In this document: piece after piece, positions 7,074 to 15,198 of the stretch
How the letters are laid out: each line of letters starts with the position of its first letter
Position numbering within the stretch: position 1 is the stretch's first letter
Origin: a virus
Lineage: Duplodnaviria > Heunggongvirae > Uroviricota > Caudoviricetes
IMG/VR virus record: IMGVR_UViG_2703718824_000005
Strand: one strand, 5' to 3'
Length of the DNA: 32,827 nt
Made by a program: the position numbers and the translations under genes
Notes under the pieces: generated by a model
Told to the model about the DNA's origin: nothing
The model's database searches: none
Seen by the model: only the letters and a program-made list of their open reading frames with translations

Positions 7074-7562
7074 ATGAGTCTTTTGAATGATGTTCAGAAA
7101 TTCATTGAAGCCCATCCGGGGTGTACTTCCGGAGACATTGCGGATGCTTTTGCAGGTTACTCACGGCAGCGCGTTCTGCAGTCAGCAAGCAAGTTACGTC
7201 AGAGTGGGCGTGTGGCTCACCGTTGTGAAGGAGATACACGCAGACATTTCCCGCGCCTGACTGAGAGAGCGCAGGAGTCGGAACCACAACCAGTTCGTGA
7301 AACCAGACCTGTGCGCAATTTCTATGTCGGCACTAACGATCCCCGGGTGATTTTGTGCCTGACCCGCCAGGCGGAAGAACTGGAGTCCAGGGGCTTATAC
7401 CGTCGTGCTGCAACGGTGTGGATGGCGGCATTCCGTGAAAGCCACTCCCAGCCAGAACGAAACAATTTTCTGGCGCGTCGTGAGCAGTGTTTACGGAAAA
7501 GCAGCAAGCGCGCTGTATCGGGTGATGAGTGGTATCTGTCAGGGAATTACGTGGGGGCTTAA
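7074..7562 (+). CDS. Putative transcriptional regulator with PerC/ANR-like C-terminal motif
   Basis: ORF 7068..7562 trimmed to ATG 7074 (GGGGG RBS); the motif ELESRGLYRRAATVWMAAF resembles the PerC-family signature; N-terminal half looks like a winged-helix domain. Confidence 0.5.
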   Translation: MSLLNDVQKFIEAHPGCTSGDIADAFAGYSRQRVLQSASKLRQSGRVAHRCEGDTRRHFPRLTERAQESEPQPVRETRPVRNFYVGTNDPRVILCLTRQAEELESRGLYRRAATVWMAAFRESHSQPERNNFLARREQCLRKSSKRAVSGDEWYLSGNYVGA

Positions 7563-8215
7563 TGAGTAATAAATATTGCCAGGAGCTGGTGGAACTGCGG
7601 AACAAACCAGCCCATGAACTGAAGGAAGTGGGTGATCAGTGGCGCACGCCGGACAACATTTTCTGGGGAATTAACACCCTGTTTGGCCCGTTTGTTCTGG
7701 ATCTGTTCACTGACGGTGATAACGCCAAATGTGCCGCGTATTACACGGCGGAAGACAACGCGCTGGCGCATGACTGGTCAGAACGCCTTGCGGAGCTTAA
7801 AGGTGCTGCCTTTGGTAATCCTCCATACAGCCGCGCCAGTCAGCATGAGGGGCAATACATCACCGGCATGCGTTACATCATGAAACATGCCAGTGCCATG
7901 CGTGATAAGGGCGGGCGCTATGTTTTCCTGATCAAAGCTGCCACCAGCGAAGTGTGGTGGCCGGAAGATGCAGATCATATTGCTTTTATTCGCGGGCGTA
8001 TTGGTTTTGAACTGCCTGTCTGGTTTATCCCGAAAGACGAGAAGCAGATACCGACAGGAGCTTTTTTCTCTGGTGCTATTGCTGTTTTTGACAAGACCTG
8101 GAAGGGACCGGCAATCAGCTACATCGGGCGCGATGAACTTGAGGCATGTGGTGAGGCCTTTCTGGCGCAGGTTCGCCAGCAGGCGGAAAAACTGGTCAGG
8201 GAGATGGTGGCATGA
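7562..8215 (+). CDS. Phage N6-adenine DNA methyltransferase (Dam-like)
   Basis: ATG at 7562 overlaps the upstream stop (TAATG); catalytic NPPY motif (FGNPPYSR); typical nin-region orphan methyltransferase. Confidence 0.85.
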   Translation: MSNKYCQELVELRNKPAHELKEVGDQWRTPDNIFWGINTLFGPFVLDLFTDGDNAKCAAYYTAEDNALAHDWSERLAELKGAAFGNPPYSRASQHEGQYITGMRYIMKHASAMRDKGGRYVFLIKAATSEVWWPEDADHIAFIRGRIGFELPVWFIPKDEKQIPTGAFFSGAIAVFDKTWKGPAISYIGRDELEACGEAFLAQVRQQAEKLVREMVA

Positions 8216-8538
8216 CGACATTAACTCAATGCCAGCAGCAGGTGCTGGATATGCTGATTTCTTACCAGAAAGAACGAGGCTTCCCGCCAACCAATCAGGA
8301 GGTGGCAACCATGCTGGGATACCGTTCAGTGAATGCAGCGGTGGAGCATCTTCGCGCACTGGAGAAAAAAGGCGTCATCACGATAAAGCGTGGCGTGGCC
8401 CGGGGGATAACGCTTCATACCGCGGTGAAGGACGACGACAGCGAGGCTGTCTGGATTATCCGCTCACTGCTTGCCGGTGAGGAAAACGCCAGGCTGCGTG
8501 CAACCCACTGGTTACATGAGAGAGGCCTGAAAGTATGA
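8212..8538 (+). CDS. LexA N-terminal DNA-binding-domain-like protein, no peptidase domain
   Basis: 108 aa; LTQCQQQVLDMLISYQKERGFPPTNQEVATMLGYRSVNAAVEHLRALEKKGVI matches the LexA winged-HTH pattern; ATGA overlap with the upstream gene. Confidence 0.6.
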   Translation: MTTLTQCQQQVLDMLISYQKERGFPPTNQEVATMLGYRSVNAAVEHLRALEKKGVITIKRGVARGITLHTAVKDDDSEAVWIIRSLLAGEENARLRATHWLHERGLKV

Positions 8539-8924
8539 AACTGATCCTGCCTTTCCCGCCCAGCGTGAATACGTACTGGCGACACCCTAACAAAGGGGCG
8601 TTTGCTGGTAAAAGCCTGATAAGCGCGGCGGGGCGCAAATTCCAGAGCGCGGCGTGCGCAGCAATAGTTGAGCAGTTACGTCGTCTTCCGAAACCAACGT
8701 CGGCACCTGCTTCAGTGGAGATCGTGTTGTTTCCTCCGGATAACCGGATCCGCGATCTGGACAACTATAACAAGGCGCTGTTTGACGCCCTGACCCACGC
8801 GGGTGTGTGGGAAGACGACAGTCAGGTGAAAAGAATGCTGGTGGAGTGGGGACCGGTTATCCCGGAAGGGAAGGTCGAGATCACTATCAGTAAGTACGAG
8901 AAAACGGCGGGTGCAGCCGCCTGA
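8535..8924 (+). CDS. rusA: Holliday-junction resolvase RusA
   Basis: 129 aa; N-terminus MKLILPFPPSVNTYWR is the RusA signature; ATGA overlap with the upstream gene. Confidence 0.9.
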   Translation: MKLILPFPPSVNTYWRHPNKGAFAGKSLISAAGRKFQSAACAAIVEQLRRLPKPTSAPASVEIVLFPPDNRIRDLDNYNKALFDALTHAGVWEDDSQVKRMLVEWGPVIPEGKVEITISKYEKTAGAAA

Positions 8925-8943
8925 TCAAGAGGAGAAACGAAGT

Positions 8944-9753
8944 ATGAATAATCTGATGGTCATTGATGGTATTGAAGTTCGTCGTGATGCTTATGGGCGT
9001 TACAGCCTGAACGATCTGCACAGGGCAGCCGGGGGAGAACAAAAAAACCGCCCGAAATACTGGCTCTCCAATAAGCAAACCTGTGAATTGATTGAACAAC
9101 TTTTCACCGAGGGTGGAATTCCGCCTATGGAACAAAATCAACCAGTTAGCGTCATTAATGGCGGAAATAACCAGGGGACGTATGTCTGCAAAGAACTGGT
9201 GTATGCCTATGCAATGTGGATCAGCTCGTCATTCCATCTGAAGGTGATCCGTACTTTCGATATGGTAACCAGCGCACCGGAAAAATTATCTGGGCAGGCT
9301 GCTGACAAGATGCAGGCTGGTGTGATCCTGCTGGACTTTATGCGCCGGGAATTAAACCTGTCTAACTCATCAGTGCTTGGTGCCTGTCAGAAACTCCAGG
9401 AGGCTGTTGGCTTACCGAATCTGGCACCGCGCTATGCCATTGATGCTCCTGCTGACGCGCCTGATGGCTCAAGTCGCCCCACGCTGTCGCTGAGTGCACT
9501 GCTGAAACAGTATGGTATCCGCCTGACGGCTAATCAGGCATATCACCAGATGGTGAAGCTGGGAATCGTTGAACAACGCGAACGATACAGCCGTACCGCG
9601 ATTAACAACATCAAAAAATTCTGGTCGCTGACGGCGAAAGGCTGCATGTTCGGCAAGAACATCACCAGTCCCGCAAATCCGCGCGAGACGCAGCCGCATT
9701 TCTTCGAATCCCGATTCCCCGAGCTGTTAAAGTTGCTCGATACCGTTCATTGA
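8944..9753 (+). CDS. KilA-N domain protein (antirepressor-like)
   Basis: ORF 8911..9753 trimmed to ATG 8944 (AAGAGGAG RBS); N-terminal KilA-N-like segment (IDGIEVRRDAYGRYSLNDLHRAAG...YWLSNKQT). Confidence 0.7.
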   Translation: MNNLMVIDGIEVRRDAYGRYSLNDLHRAAGGEQKNRPKYWLSNKQTCELIEQLFTEGGIPPMEQNQPVSVINGGNNQGTYVCKELVYAYAMWISSSFHLKVIRTFDMVTSAPEKLSGQAADKMQAGVILLDFMRRELNLSNSSVLGACQKLQEAVGLPNLAPRYAIDAPADAPDGSSRPTLSLSALLKQYGIRLTANQAYHQMVKLGIVEQRERYSRTAINNIKKFWSLTAKGCMFGKNITSPANPRETQPHFFESRFPELLKLLDTVH

Positions 9754-9754
9754 G

Positions 9755-10750
9755 GTGACTGTGAGAGCACTACTGACCCCTGAAATTGCCCCGCGTATGG
9801 GGATCGTATTGTTCAGGCCCGGTTCAGAGCTGATGCCCCTGTTTATGCAGGGGCGTGTCCTGCTGGAGCCTGAGCCGGAACGTTATTCATCTTTCGCCAG
9901 TGGTGCCGTTCCCGCGGCATCACAACCGCTGGCGGATGATCCTGCCGTTCGGGCCGTGTTCCGCAATGAGGCAGTGATCCGTCGTGCTGGTGGGGTGGAA
10001 TGTCTTGAAAGCTGGTTACTTCGTGAAAAAGGCTGCCAGTGGCCTCATTCCGACTGGCACAGCGAGAACATGACCACAATGCGGCACGCTCCGGGCGCAA
10101 TCCGTCTCTGCTGGCACTGCGATAACCAGCTGCGCGATCAGTTCACGGAACGGCTGGAATCAATGGCAACGGATAACTGTGCCCGTTGGGTGTTGTCTGT
10201 TGTGCGTCGGGATCTCGGTTTTGATGATAGTCACGTTGTGACAATGCCGGAACTGTGCTGGTGGCTGATTCGTAATGACCTGGCGGATGCCTTACCGGAA
10301 AGTGCAGCCCGTAAGGCACTGAGATTACCGAAGCCTGTTGTGCCGTCTGTCACCCGGGAAAGTGACCTTGTGCCTTCGGTTCCTGCCACCAGCATTATCC
10401 AGGATAAAGCGAAAAAGGTGCTGGCGCTGAAAGTGGATCCGGAGTCGCCGGAGTCTTTTATGTTACGCCCAAAACGTCGCCGCTGGGTTAATGAAAAGTA
10501 CACGCGCTGGGTTAAGACACAGCCGTGTGCATGTTGTGGAAAGCTTGCTGATGATCCCCACCACCTGATAGGCCACGGTCAGGGGGGAATGGGTACAAAA
10601 GCGCATGACCTCTTTGTGTTGCCTTTGTGCAGAAAGCATCACGACGAGCTGCATGCGGATACCGTGGCATTTGAAGAGATGTATGGCTCCCAGTTGGAGC
10701 TGATATTTCGTTTTATCGATCGTGCGCTGGCAATAGGCGTACTGGCGTAA
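9755..10750 (+). CDS. DUF968-family prophage protein with C-terminal Cys/His (HNH-like) metal-binding motif
   Basis: 331 aa; C-terminal CACCG...HHLIGHGQGG...PLCRKHHDELH cluster; conserved nin-region position between rusA and Q. Start uncertain (GTG at 9755 or 9761). Confidence 0.65.
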   Translation: MTVRALLTPEIAPRMGIVLFRPGSELMPLFMQGRVLLEPEPERYSSFASGAVPAASQPLADDPAVRAVFRNEAVIRRAGGVECLESWLLREKGCQWPHSDWHSENMTTMRHAPGAIRLCWHCDNQLRDQFTERLESMATDNCARWVLSVVRRDLGFDDSHVVTMPELCWWLIRNDLADALPESAARKALRLPKPVVPSVTRESDLVPSVPATSIIQDKAKKVLALKVDPESPESFMLRPKRRRWVNEKYTRWVKTQPCACCGKLADDPHHLIGHGQGGMGTKAHDLFVLPLCRKHHDELHADTVAFEEMYGSQLELIFRFIDRALAIGVLA

Positions 10751-10763
10751 GTGGAGAACGAGC

Positions 10764-11516
10764 ATGAACCTTGAAGCCTTACCAAAATATTACTCCCCAA
10801 AATCTCCAAAATTGAGTGATGACGCACCGGCGACAGGCTCAGGTGGTTTAACGATTACGGATGTGATGGCTGCACAGGGGATGGTGCAGTCGAAAGCACC
10901 GCTTGGGTTTACCTTATTCCTGGCAAAAGTTGGCGTTCAGGATCCTCAGTTTGCGATTGAAGGTCTGCTCAATTACGCGATGGCACTGGATAACCCGACA
11001 TTGAACAAATTGAGTGAAGAAATCCGGTTACAGATCATCCCTTACCTTGTGAATTTTGCCTTTGCTGATTATTCCAGGTCTGCGGCAAGTAAGGCTCGCT
11101 GTGAGCATTGTGCTGGTACTGGATTTCATAATGTATTGCGCGAGGTGGTGAAACAATCCAGAAGCGGGGAATCTGTTATCAAGGAAGAGTGGGTAAAGGA
11201 ACTATGTCAGCATTGTCATGGTAAGGGAGAAGTCAGCACAGCGTGCAGAGGGTGTAAGGGTAAAGGTATTGTCCTGGATGAAAAAAGGACCCGGCTTCAT
11301 GGCACGCCTGTTTATAAGATTTGTGGGCGTTGCAATGGAAACCGGTTTAGCCGTTTACCAACCACACTGGCGCGGCATCATGTCCAGAAGCTGGTACCAG
11401 ACCTGACGGATTATCAGTGGTACAAAGGATATGCAGATGTCATTGATAAACTGGTTACAAAGTGCTGGCAGGAAGAAGCATATGCTGAGACACAATTGAG
11501 GAGAGTGACAAGATAA
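10764..11516 (+). CDS. Q: Late-gene antitermination protein Q
   Basis: 250 aa with CxxC...CxxC zinc-binding motifs (CEHCAGTG, CQHCHGKG, CRGCKGKG, CGRCNG); immediately upstream of the late promoter/terminator and the lysis cassette. Confidence 0.8.
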   Translation: MNLEALPKYYSPKSPKLSDDAPATGSGGLTITDVMAAQGMVQSKAPLGFTLFLAKVGVQDPQFAIEGLLNYAMALDNPTLNKLSEEIRLQIIPYLVNFAFADYSRSAASKARCEHCAGTGFHNVLREVVKQSRSGESVIKEEWVKELCQHCHGKGEVSTACRGCKGKGIVLDEKRTRLHGTPVYKICGRCNGNRFSRLPTTLARHHVQKLVPDLTDYQWYKGYADVIDKLVTKCWQEEAYAETQLRRVTR

Positions 11517-11547
11517 ATGATTTTCGCCGAAGATGGCGACATGATTC

Positions 11548-11584
11548 TTGCATTTTTCAAAAAATATGGTTAGGATTATCCTAA
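11548..11584 (+). promoter_or_regulatory. Candidate late promoter P_R' with qut-like palindrome
   Basis: TTGCAT (11548-11553), 17-nt spacer, TAGGAT (11571-11576); near-perfect palindrome ttaggattatcctaa (11570-11584) over the -10 and start region; about 30 bp downstream of the Q stop. Confidence 0.35.
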
Positions 11585-11622
11585 CGATGGGCTTTGTGTG
11601 TCTACCGTTGATAATCTTCTTG

Positions 11623-11648
11623 AACCCGCCATCGAGCGGGTTTTTTTT
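11623..11648 (+). terminator. Intrinsic terminator (tR'-like) about 65 nt downstream of the candidate late promoter
   Basis: Stem acccgc / gcgggt with 6-nt loop followed by T8 (aacccgccatcgagcgggtttttttt). Confidence 0.6.
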
Positions 11649-11719
11649 GTGCTCAAATTTCGAATAATGATTTGGTTATGCTATGTATTTATTTCCTTAC
11701 TTACTGAGGGAGTGATGCA

Positions 11720-11899
11720 ATGAGCAATACAAGATGTAGTAATGAAAGTTGCAATAAAGAGTTTATTTATTGGGAGCACAGTGGAGGCTATCCAGGAGGA
11801 AAGGATAAAGAGCCAATTATTTGCCCTTACTGTGGCCACACAAACGGTTATGAAATGACCAGTGGATTGATTTCCAGTAAAAAAATAGAAGAACAGTAG
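11720..11899 (+). CDS. Small zinc-ribbon protein (59 aa), moron between Q and the lysis cassette
   Basis: Own translation: MSNTRCSNESCNKEFIYWEHSGGYPGGKDKEPIICPYCGHTNGYEMTSGLISSKKIEEQ. GAGGGAG RBS 7 nt upstream; C-x4-C ... C-x2-C; followed by two terminator-like hairpins. Below the ORF-track cutoff. Confidence 0.4.
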   Translation: MSNTRCSNESCNKEFIYWEHSGGYPGGKDKEPIICPYCGHTNGYEMTSGLISSKKIEEQ

Positions 11900-11914
11900 T
11901 ATTCATATCTGTCT

Positions 11915-11942
11915 AGCCCTGGTATTTGCTGGGGCTTTTTGT
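11915..11942 (+). terminator. Terminator-like hairpin with T-run after the zinc-ribbon ORF
   Basis: agccc...gggct stem followed by ttttt. Confidence 0.4.
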
Positions 11943-11984
11943 TGCCTTCGCCTGATGAATTGACATTGCTTAACCCTCTGTTGT

Positions 11985-12008
11985 CAGCCATATGCTGGCT
12001 TTTTTATT
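11985..12008 (+). terminator. Second terminator-like hairpin (agcca-tatgc-tggct + T5)
   Basis: 5-bp stem, 5-nt loop, tttttatt tail; weak. Confidence 0.3.
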
Positions 12009-12122
12009 CAAGGCTTGCGGGGAGCATCAACTCCGTGCTTTGTCGTTAAATTAACCCGTGAGCCTGCATTCTGACATTTAACGTCCCGGCCTTTTGTCGG
12101 CGGCGAAACATTGGCTATTCAT

Positions 12123-12428
12123 ATGCACGAAAAAGAGAGCCTTGCCGGAGCGTTCTGGCTCGTTTTGCTGATCATTGCAGGTTGGGGCGGTCTGGTCCGC
12201 TACCTGATAGATGTGAAGCAGAGTAAAGCAACGTGGAGTTGGATAAATGCTCTGGCTCAAATAGTGGTATCAGGATTCACCGGTGTTATTGGTGGCCTGA
12301 TTAGCATCGAAAGTGGATTCAGTATTTACATGATTCTCGCGACAGCGGGGATTAGCGGTGCGATGGGGTCGGTTGCACTGACGTACTTCTGGGAACGACT
12401 GACAGGGGTGAAAAATGCAAAATCTTAA
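12123..12428 (+). CDS. Holin (multi-TM), possible dual-start holin/antiholin
   Basis: Three predicted hydrophobic helices; directly upstream of and overlapping the endolysin gene; the ORF track starts at TTG 12111 (MAIHM...), giving a two-start arrangement reminiscent of lambda S. Confidence 0.7.
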   Translation: MHEKESLAGAFWLVLLIIAGWGGLVRYLIDVKQSKATWSWINALAQIVVSGFTGVIGGLISIESGFSIYMILATAGISGAMGSVALTYFWERLTGVKNAKS

Positions 12429-12891
12429 TCCTCAGCGTAAAGCTTTCCTCGATATGGTGGCATGGTCAGAAGGAACGGATAACGGGCGACAACCGACACG
12501 TAACCACGGTTATGATGTTATTGTCGGTGGAGAACTCTTCACTGATTACTCCGATCACCCTCGCAAGCTTGTCACGCTAAACCCCAAACTCAAATCAACA
12601 GCAGCCGGACGTTATCAGCTTCTTTCACGCTGGTGGGATGCTTACCGTAAGCAGCTTGGCCTGAAAGACTTCTCCCCCAAAAGCCAGGACGCAGTGGCAT
12701 TGCAGCAGATTAAAGAACGTGGCGCTTTACCGATGATTGATCGCGGTGATATCCGTCAGGCAATCGACCGTTGCAGCAATATCTGGGCTTCACTGCCGGG
12801 GGCTGGTTATGGTCAGTTCGAGCATAAGGCTGACAACCTGATTGCAAAATTCAAAGAAGCTGGCGGAATGGTCAGAGAGATTGAGGTATGA
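12415..12891 (+). CDS. R: Endolysin, lambda R-type lytic transglycosylase
   Basis: 158 aa, near-identical over most of its length to lambda R as I recall it ([54 protein letters not shown]...). Confidence 0.95.
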   Translation: MQNLNPQRKAFLDMVAWSEGTDNGRQPTRNHGYDVIVGGELFTDYSDHPRKLVTLNPKLKSTAAGRYQLLSRWWDAYRKQLGLKDFSPKSQDAVALQQIKERGALPMIDRGDIRQAIDRCSNIWASLPGAGYGQFEHKADNLIAKFKEAGGMVREIEV

Positions 12892-13325
12892 GCAGAGTAA
12901 CCGCGATTATCTCCGCTCTGGTTATCTGCATCATCGTCTGCCTGTCATGGGCGGTTAATCATTACCGTGATAACGCCATTACCTACAAAGAGCAGCGCGA
13001 TAAGGCCACATCCACAATCGCTGACATGCAGAAGCGTCAACATGATGTAGCAGAACTCGATGCCAGATATACAAAGGAGCTTGCTGATGCTAACGCGACT
13101 ATCGAAAGTCTCCGTGATGATGTTTCTGCTGGGCGTAAGCGGCTGCAAGTCGCCGCCACCTGTGCAAAGTCAACGACCGGAGCCAGCAGCATGGGCGATG
13201 GAGAAAGCCCAAGACTTACAGCAGATGCTGAACTCAATTATTACCGCCTCCGAAGTGGAATCGACAAGATAACTGCACAGGTTAATTACCTACAGGAATA
13301 CATCAGAACTCAATGCCTGGATTAA
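12888..13325 (+). CDS. Rz: Spanin, inner-membrane subunit (Rz)
   Basis: N-terminus [34 protein letters not shown] matches lambda Rz; ATGA overlap with R. Confidence 0.9.
   Translation: MSRVTAIISALVICIIVCLSWAVNHYRDNAITYKEQRDKATSTIADMQKRQHDVAELDARYTKELADANATIESLRDDVSAGRKRLQVAATCAKSTTGASSMGDGESPRLTADAELNYYRLRSGIDKITAQVNYLQEYIRTQCLD
13090..13272 (+). CDS. Rz1: Spanin, outer-membrane lipoprotein subunit (Rz1), embedded in the +1 frame of Rz
   Basis: ORF 13060..13272 trimmed to the second Met (60 aa, as for lambda Rz1); lipobox-like LGVSGC followed by a Pro-rich segment; fully nested in Rz. Confidence 0.75.
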   Translation, partial: LTRLSKVSVMMFLLGVSGCKSPPPVQSQRPEPAAWAMEKAQDLQQMLNSIITASEVESTR

Positions 13326-14077
13326 CAGGGGCGGATTGAACGATAGCTTTTTTCGAATTGTTATTCCTAGCACATTCTGTTCAATCTGCTGAGATCTACT
13401 CTGATGTGGGAGCACAATGGGTATCGAAATGATTATCTTGCTAGCTGCTGCGTTTAGCACTGCTACCGCTAGGGTATTCGGTCTAGGATATTCATACGGT
13501 ACTAGCGAAGTACAAATGAACGCTGATCAGAAGCGTTACGAATAGGAGGACTCAACATCTAGGCTATAGCAGAGCGCTGGATATAAGCAACGAAAGATAC
13601 CAACAAGGTATAGCAAACTGTTAATCATATGTCTGATAGTGGCGTTGATCACGAACTGCGCACAAGTAGGACATGCAAGGTTGAGTTAATTGACACAGGG
13701 CGGGACCGGGTGAGACCTATCTGTGCGGCTGTTGATTACTTGGATGAGCTCGATAAGTAGTCAAAGAAAAATATACAGGCATACAGCAAAGTATGGATGG
13801 CAGCTGTAGATAATTGTCTGAAAATATGGTTCTTAGTTAAGTGATAATGAACTTTTAAAAAAGTTAAGCATCCTACATATGTGATGTGGGTGATAGTTGT
13901 TTGTTAGCTGTTGGGACACAACATATAGAAAGTTGAGGAGAATAATGCCTTGTTGTGCAAAAAAAGCTTGATTTGCAAGTGAGAAATATGGCTAATGGAA
14001 GAAGAGATGTAGTAAGTGGATGTTTTATTTTGTTATTTATAGCTGTAGAATTTACCTAAAATCATAACCGCGGCTGG

Positions 14078-14464
14078 ATGATAATGGGTAAGTCAAAGGG
14101 CAAAGGTGGAAAATCAGGTAAAGGGCAACATTCAGTAAGTTTTGCTCAGGCATGGCGAGATGTGATGCTCAAAGCCATGACAACCGGTCAACTAGTGCCT
14201 ATAACTATAAGTATTGTACTGATGATTGCAGCTTGGCGCATGCCATCAGAGGAATTAGGAATACTAGCGCATCGAATTATTGACGGCTTAGCAGATCACT
14301 CTCTAATTGGGTATGGACTTTGTGTCATTGTTATCCTAGCGTGGTCTTGGCATGCAAGTATGATGCGCAGATGTTTTAGCGTGGAAGCTCGTCGTATTGG
14401 AGCAGAAAAAACTCTGCATCAACAGGCGAGAACACAAGTGCCACTGGGATCAAGCGACAATTAA
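14078..14464 (+). CDS. Hypothetical membrane protein with Lys/Gly-rich N-terminus and two predicted TM helices; low-GC moron
   Basis: 128-aa ORF in a markedly AT-rich island; hydrophobic segments ITISIVLMIAAW and LIGYGLCVIVILAWSW; weak RBS, start may be 14084. Confidence 0.5.
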   Translation: MIMGKSKGKGGKSGKGQHSVSFAQAWRDVMLKAMTTGQLVPITISIVLMIAAWRMPSEELGILAHRIIDGLADHSLIGYGLCVIVILAWSWHASMMRRCFSVEARRIGAEKTLHQQARTQVPLGSSDN

Positions 14465-14480
14465 TCCCTAAGGAGAAACT

Positions 14481-15059
14481 ATGCTGACAGTGCTTTTTTA
14501 TGTGCTGTTATGTATGGCAGCAGTGCATTTTATTTACGAAAGGATACTACTTCCATCTGTTCGTTTGCATTACCGCAATAAGCTTTTTGAACTGAGAGAT
14601 ATAGTTAGAAATCAAATAATTTCGAATAAAAGTAAAGATGATGTACAAGCGGCTGAGCTTGTACATGAGGCCTTAAACAACGCAATCAATCGTTTGCACC
14701 TTATGACTTTGCCCAACAGAGTGAGGGCTCAAAGGCGGCTCAGTGCTAATCCAGAGATACAGGCAAGGATCAAACGTGAGGTTGAACTTTTTCAGAAATG
14801 TGATAACGGGAAGTTAATAGCAACGATACGAGAATCAGCTAAAATCTTGGATAAGGTTTTGCTTTTCAATAGTTTAATGTTGATTATATATTCTCTTCCA
14901 ATTATGTTAACAATTTGGTCTGTGGCAAAAGTTCTGCAAACAGCCAACCAATTTTTAGAGTTACTCACTGAAAAACAAAGCCTAGAGCAGGCTGTTTTAC
15001 TTCTTCCTGATAGACAGGTTGCAAAGCTTGTTGCAGAAGAAAATTATGCATATGCATGA
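14481..15059 (+). CDS. Hypothetical membrane protein (N- and C-terminal TM helices flanking a charged helical region); low-GC moron
   Basis: 192 aa; strong AAGGAG RBS 7 nt upstream; 16-bp gap from the upstream gene suggests an operon; followed by two tandem intrinsic terminators. Confidence 0.55.
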   Translation: MLTVLFYVLLCMAAVHFIYERILLPSVRLHYRNKLFELRDIVRNQIISNKSKDDVQAAELVHEALNNAINRLHLMTLPNRVRAQRRLSANPEIQARIKREVELFQKCDNGKLIATIRESAKILDKVLLFNSLMLIIYSLPIMLTIWSVAKVLQTANQFLELLTEKQSLEQAVLLLPDRQVAKLVAEENYAYA

Positions 15060-15062
15060 TGT

Positions 15063-15088
15063 AAAAACCGCCTTCGGGCGGTTTTTTA
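15063..15088 (+). terminator. Intrinsic terminator (aaaaaccgcc-ttcg-ggcggttttt)
   Basis: Perfect GC-rich stem with tetraloop and T-run, A-run on the 5' side (potentially bidirectional); 4 bp after the moron cassette stop. Confidence 0.6.
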
Positions 15089-15142
15089 TTGCTTGTCCAA
15101 TGGACGGAATCGCCTCTATATTTCCCTTCATGGGATAGACTG

Positions 15143-15168
15143 AGCCTCGCTGATGCGAGGCTTTTTTA
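15143..15168 (+). terminator. Intrinsic terminator (gcctcgc-tgat-gcgaggc + T6)
   Basis: 7-bp stem, tetraloop, tttttt; second of a tandem pair upstream of the HNH gene. Confidence 0.6.
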
Positions 15169-15198
15169 TGCATTGATAAGCGTAAAGAGAGTCGATTA

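Noticed and set aside
7778-8480. ORFs 7778..8359 (-) and 7968..8480 (+) overlapping the Dam and LexA-like genes
   Set aside because: Antisense or off-frame shadows with Arg/Ser/Pro-rich low-complexity translations and no RBS; the annotated genes have catalytic or domain motifs.
11517-12110. Search for tRNA genes or toxin cargo between Q and the holin
   Set aside because: No cloverleaf-compatible sequence with a T-loop consensus (GTTCRANYC) or CCA-proximal acceptor pairing was seen; only the small zinc-ribbon ORF and hairpins are present.
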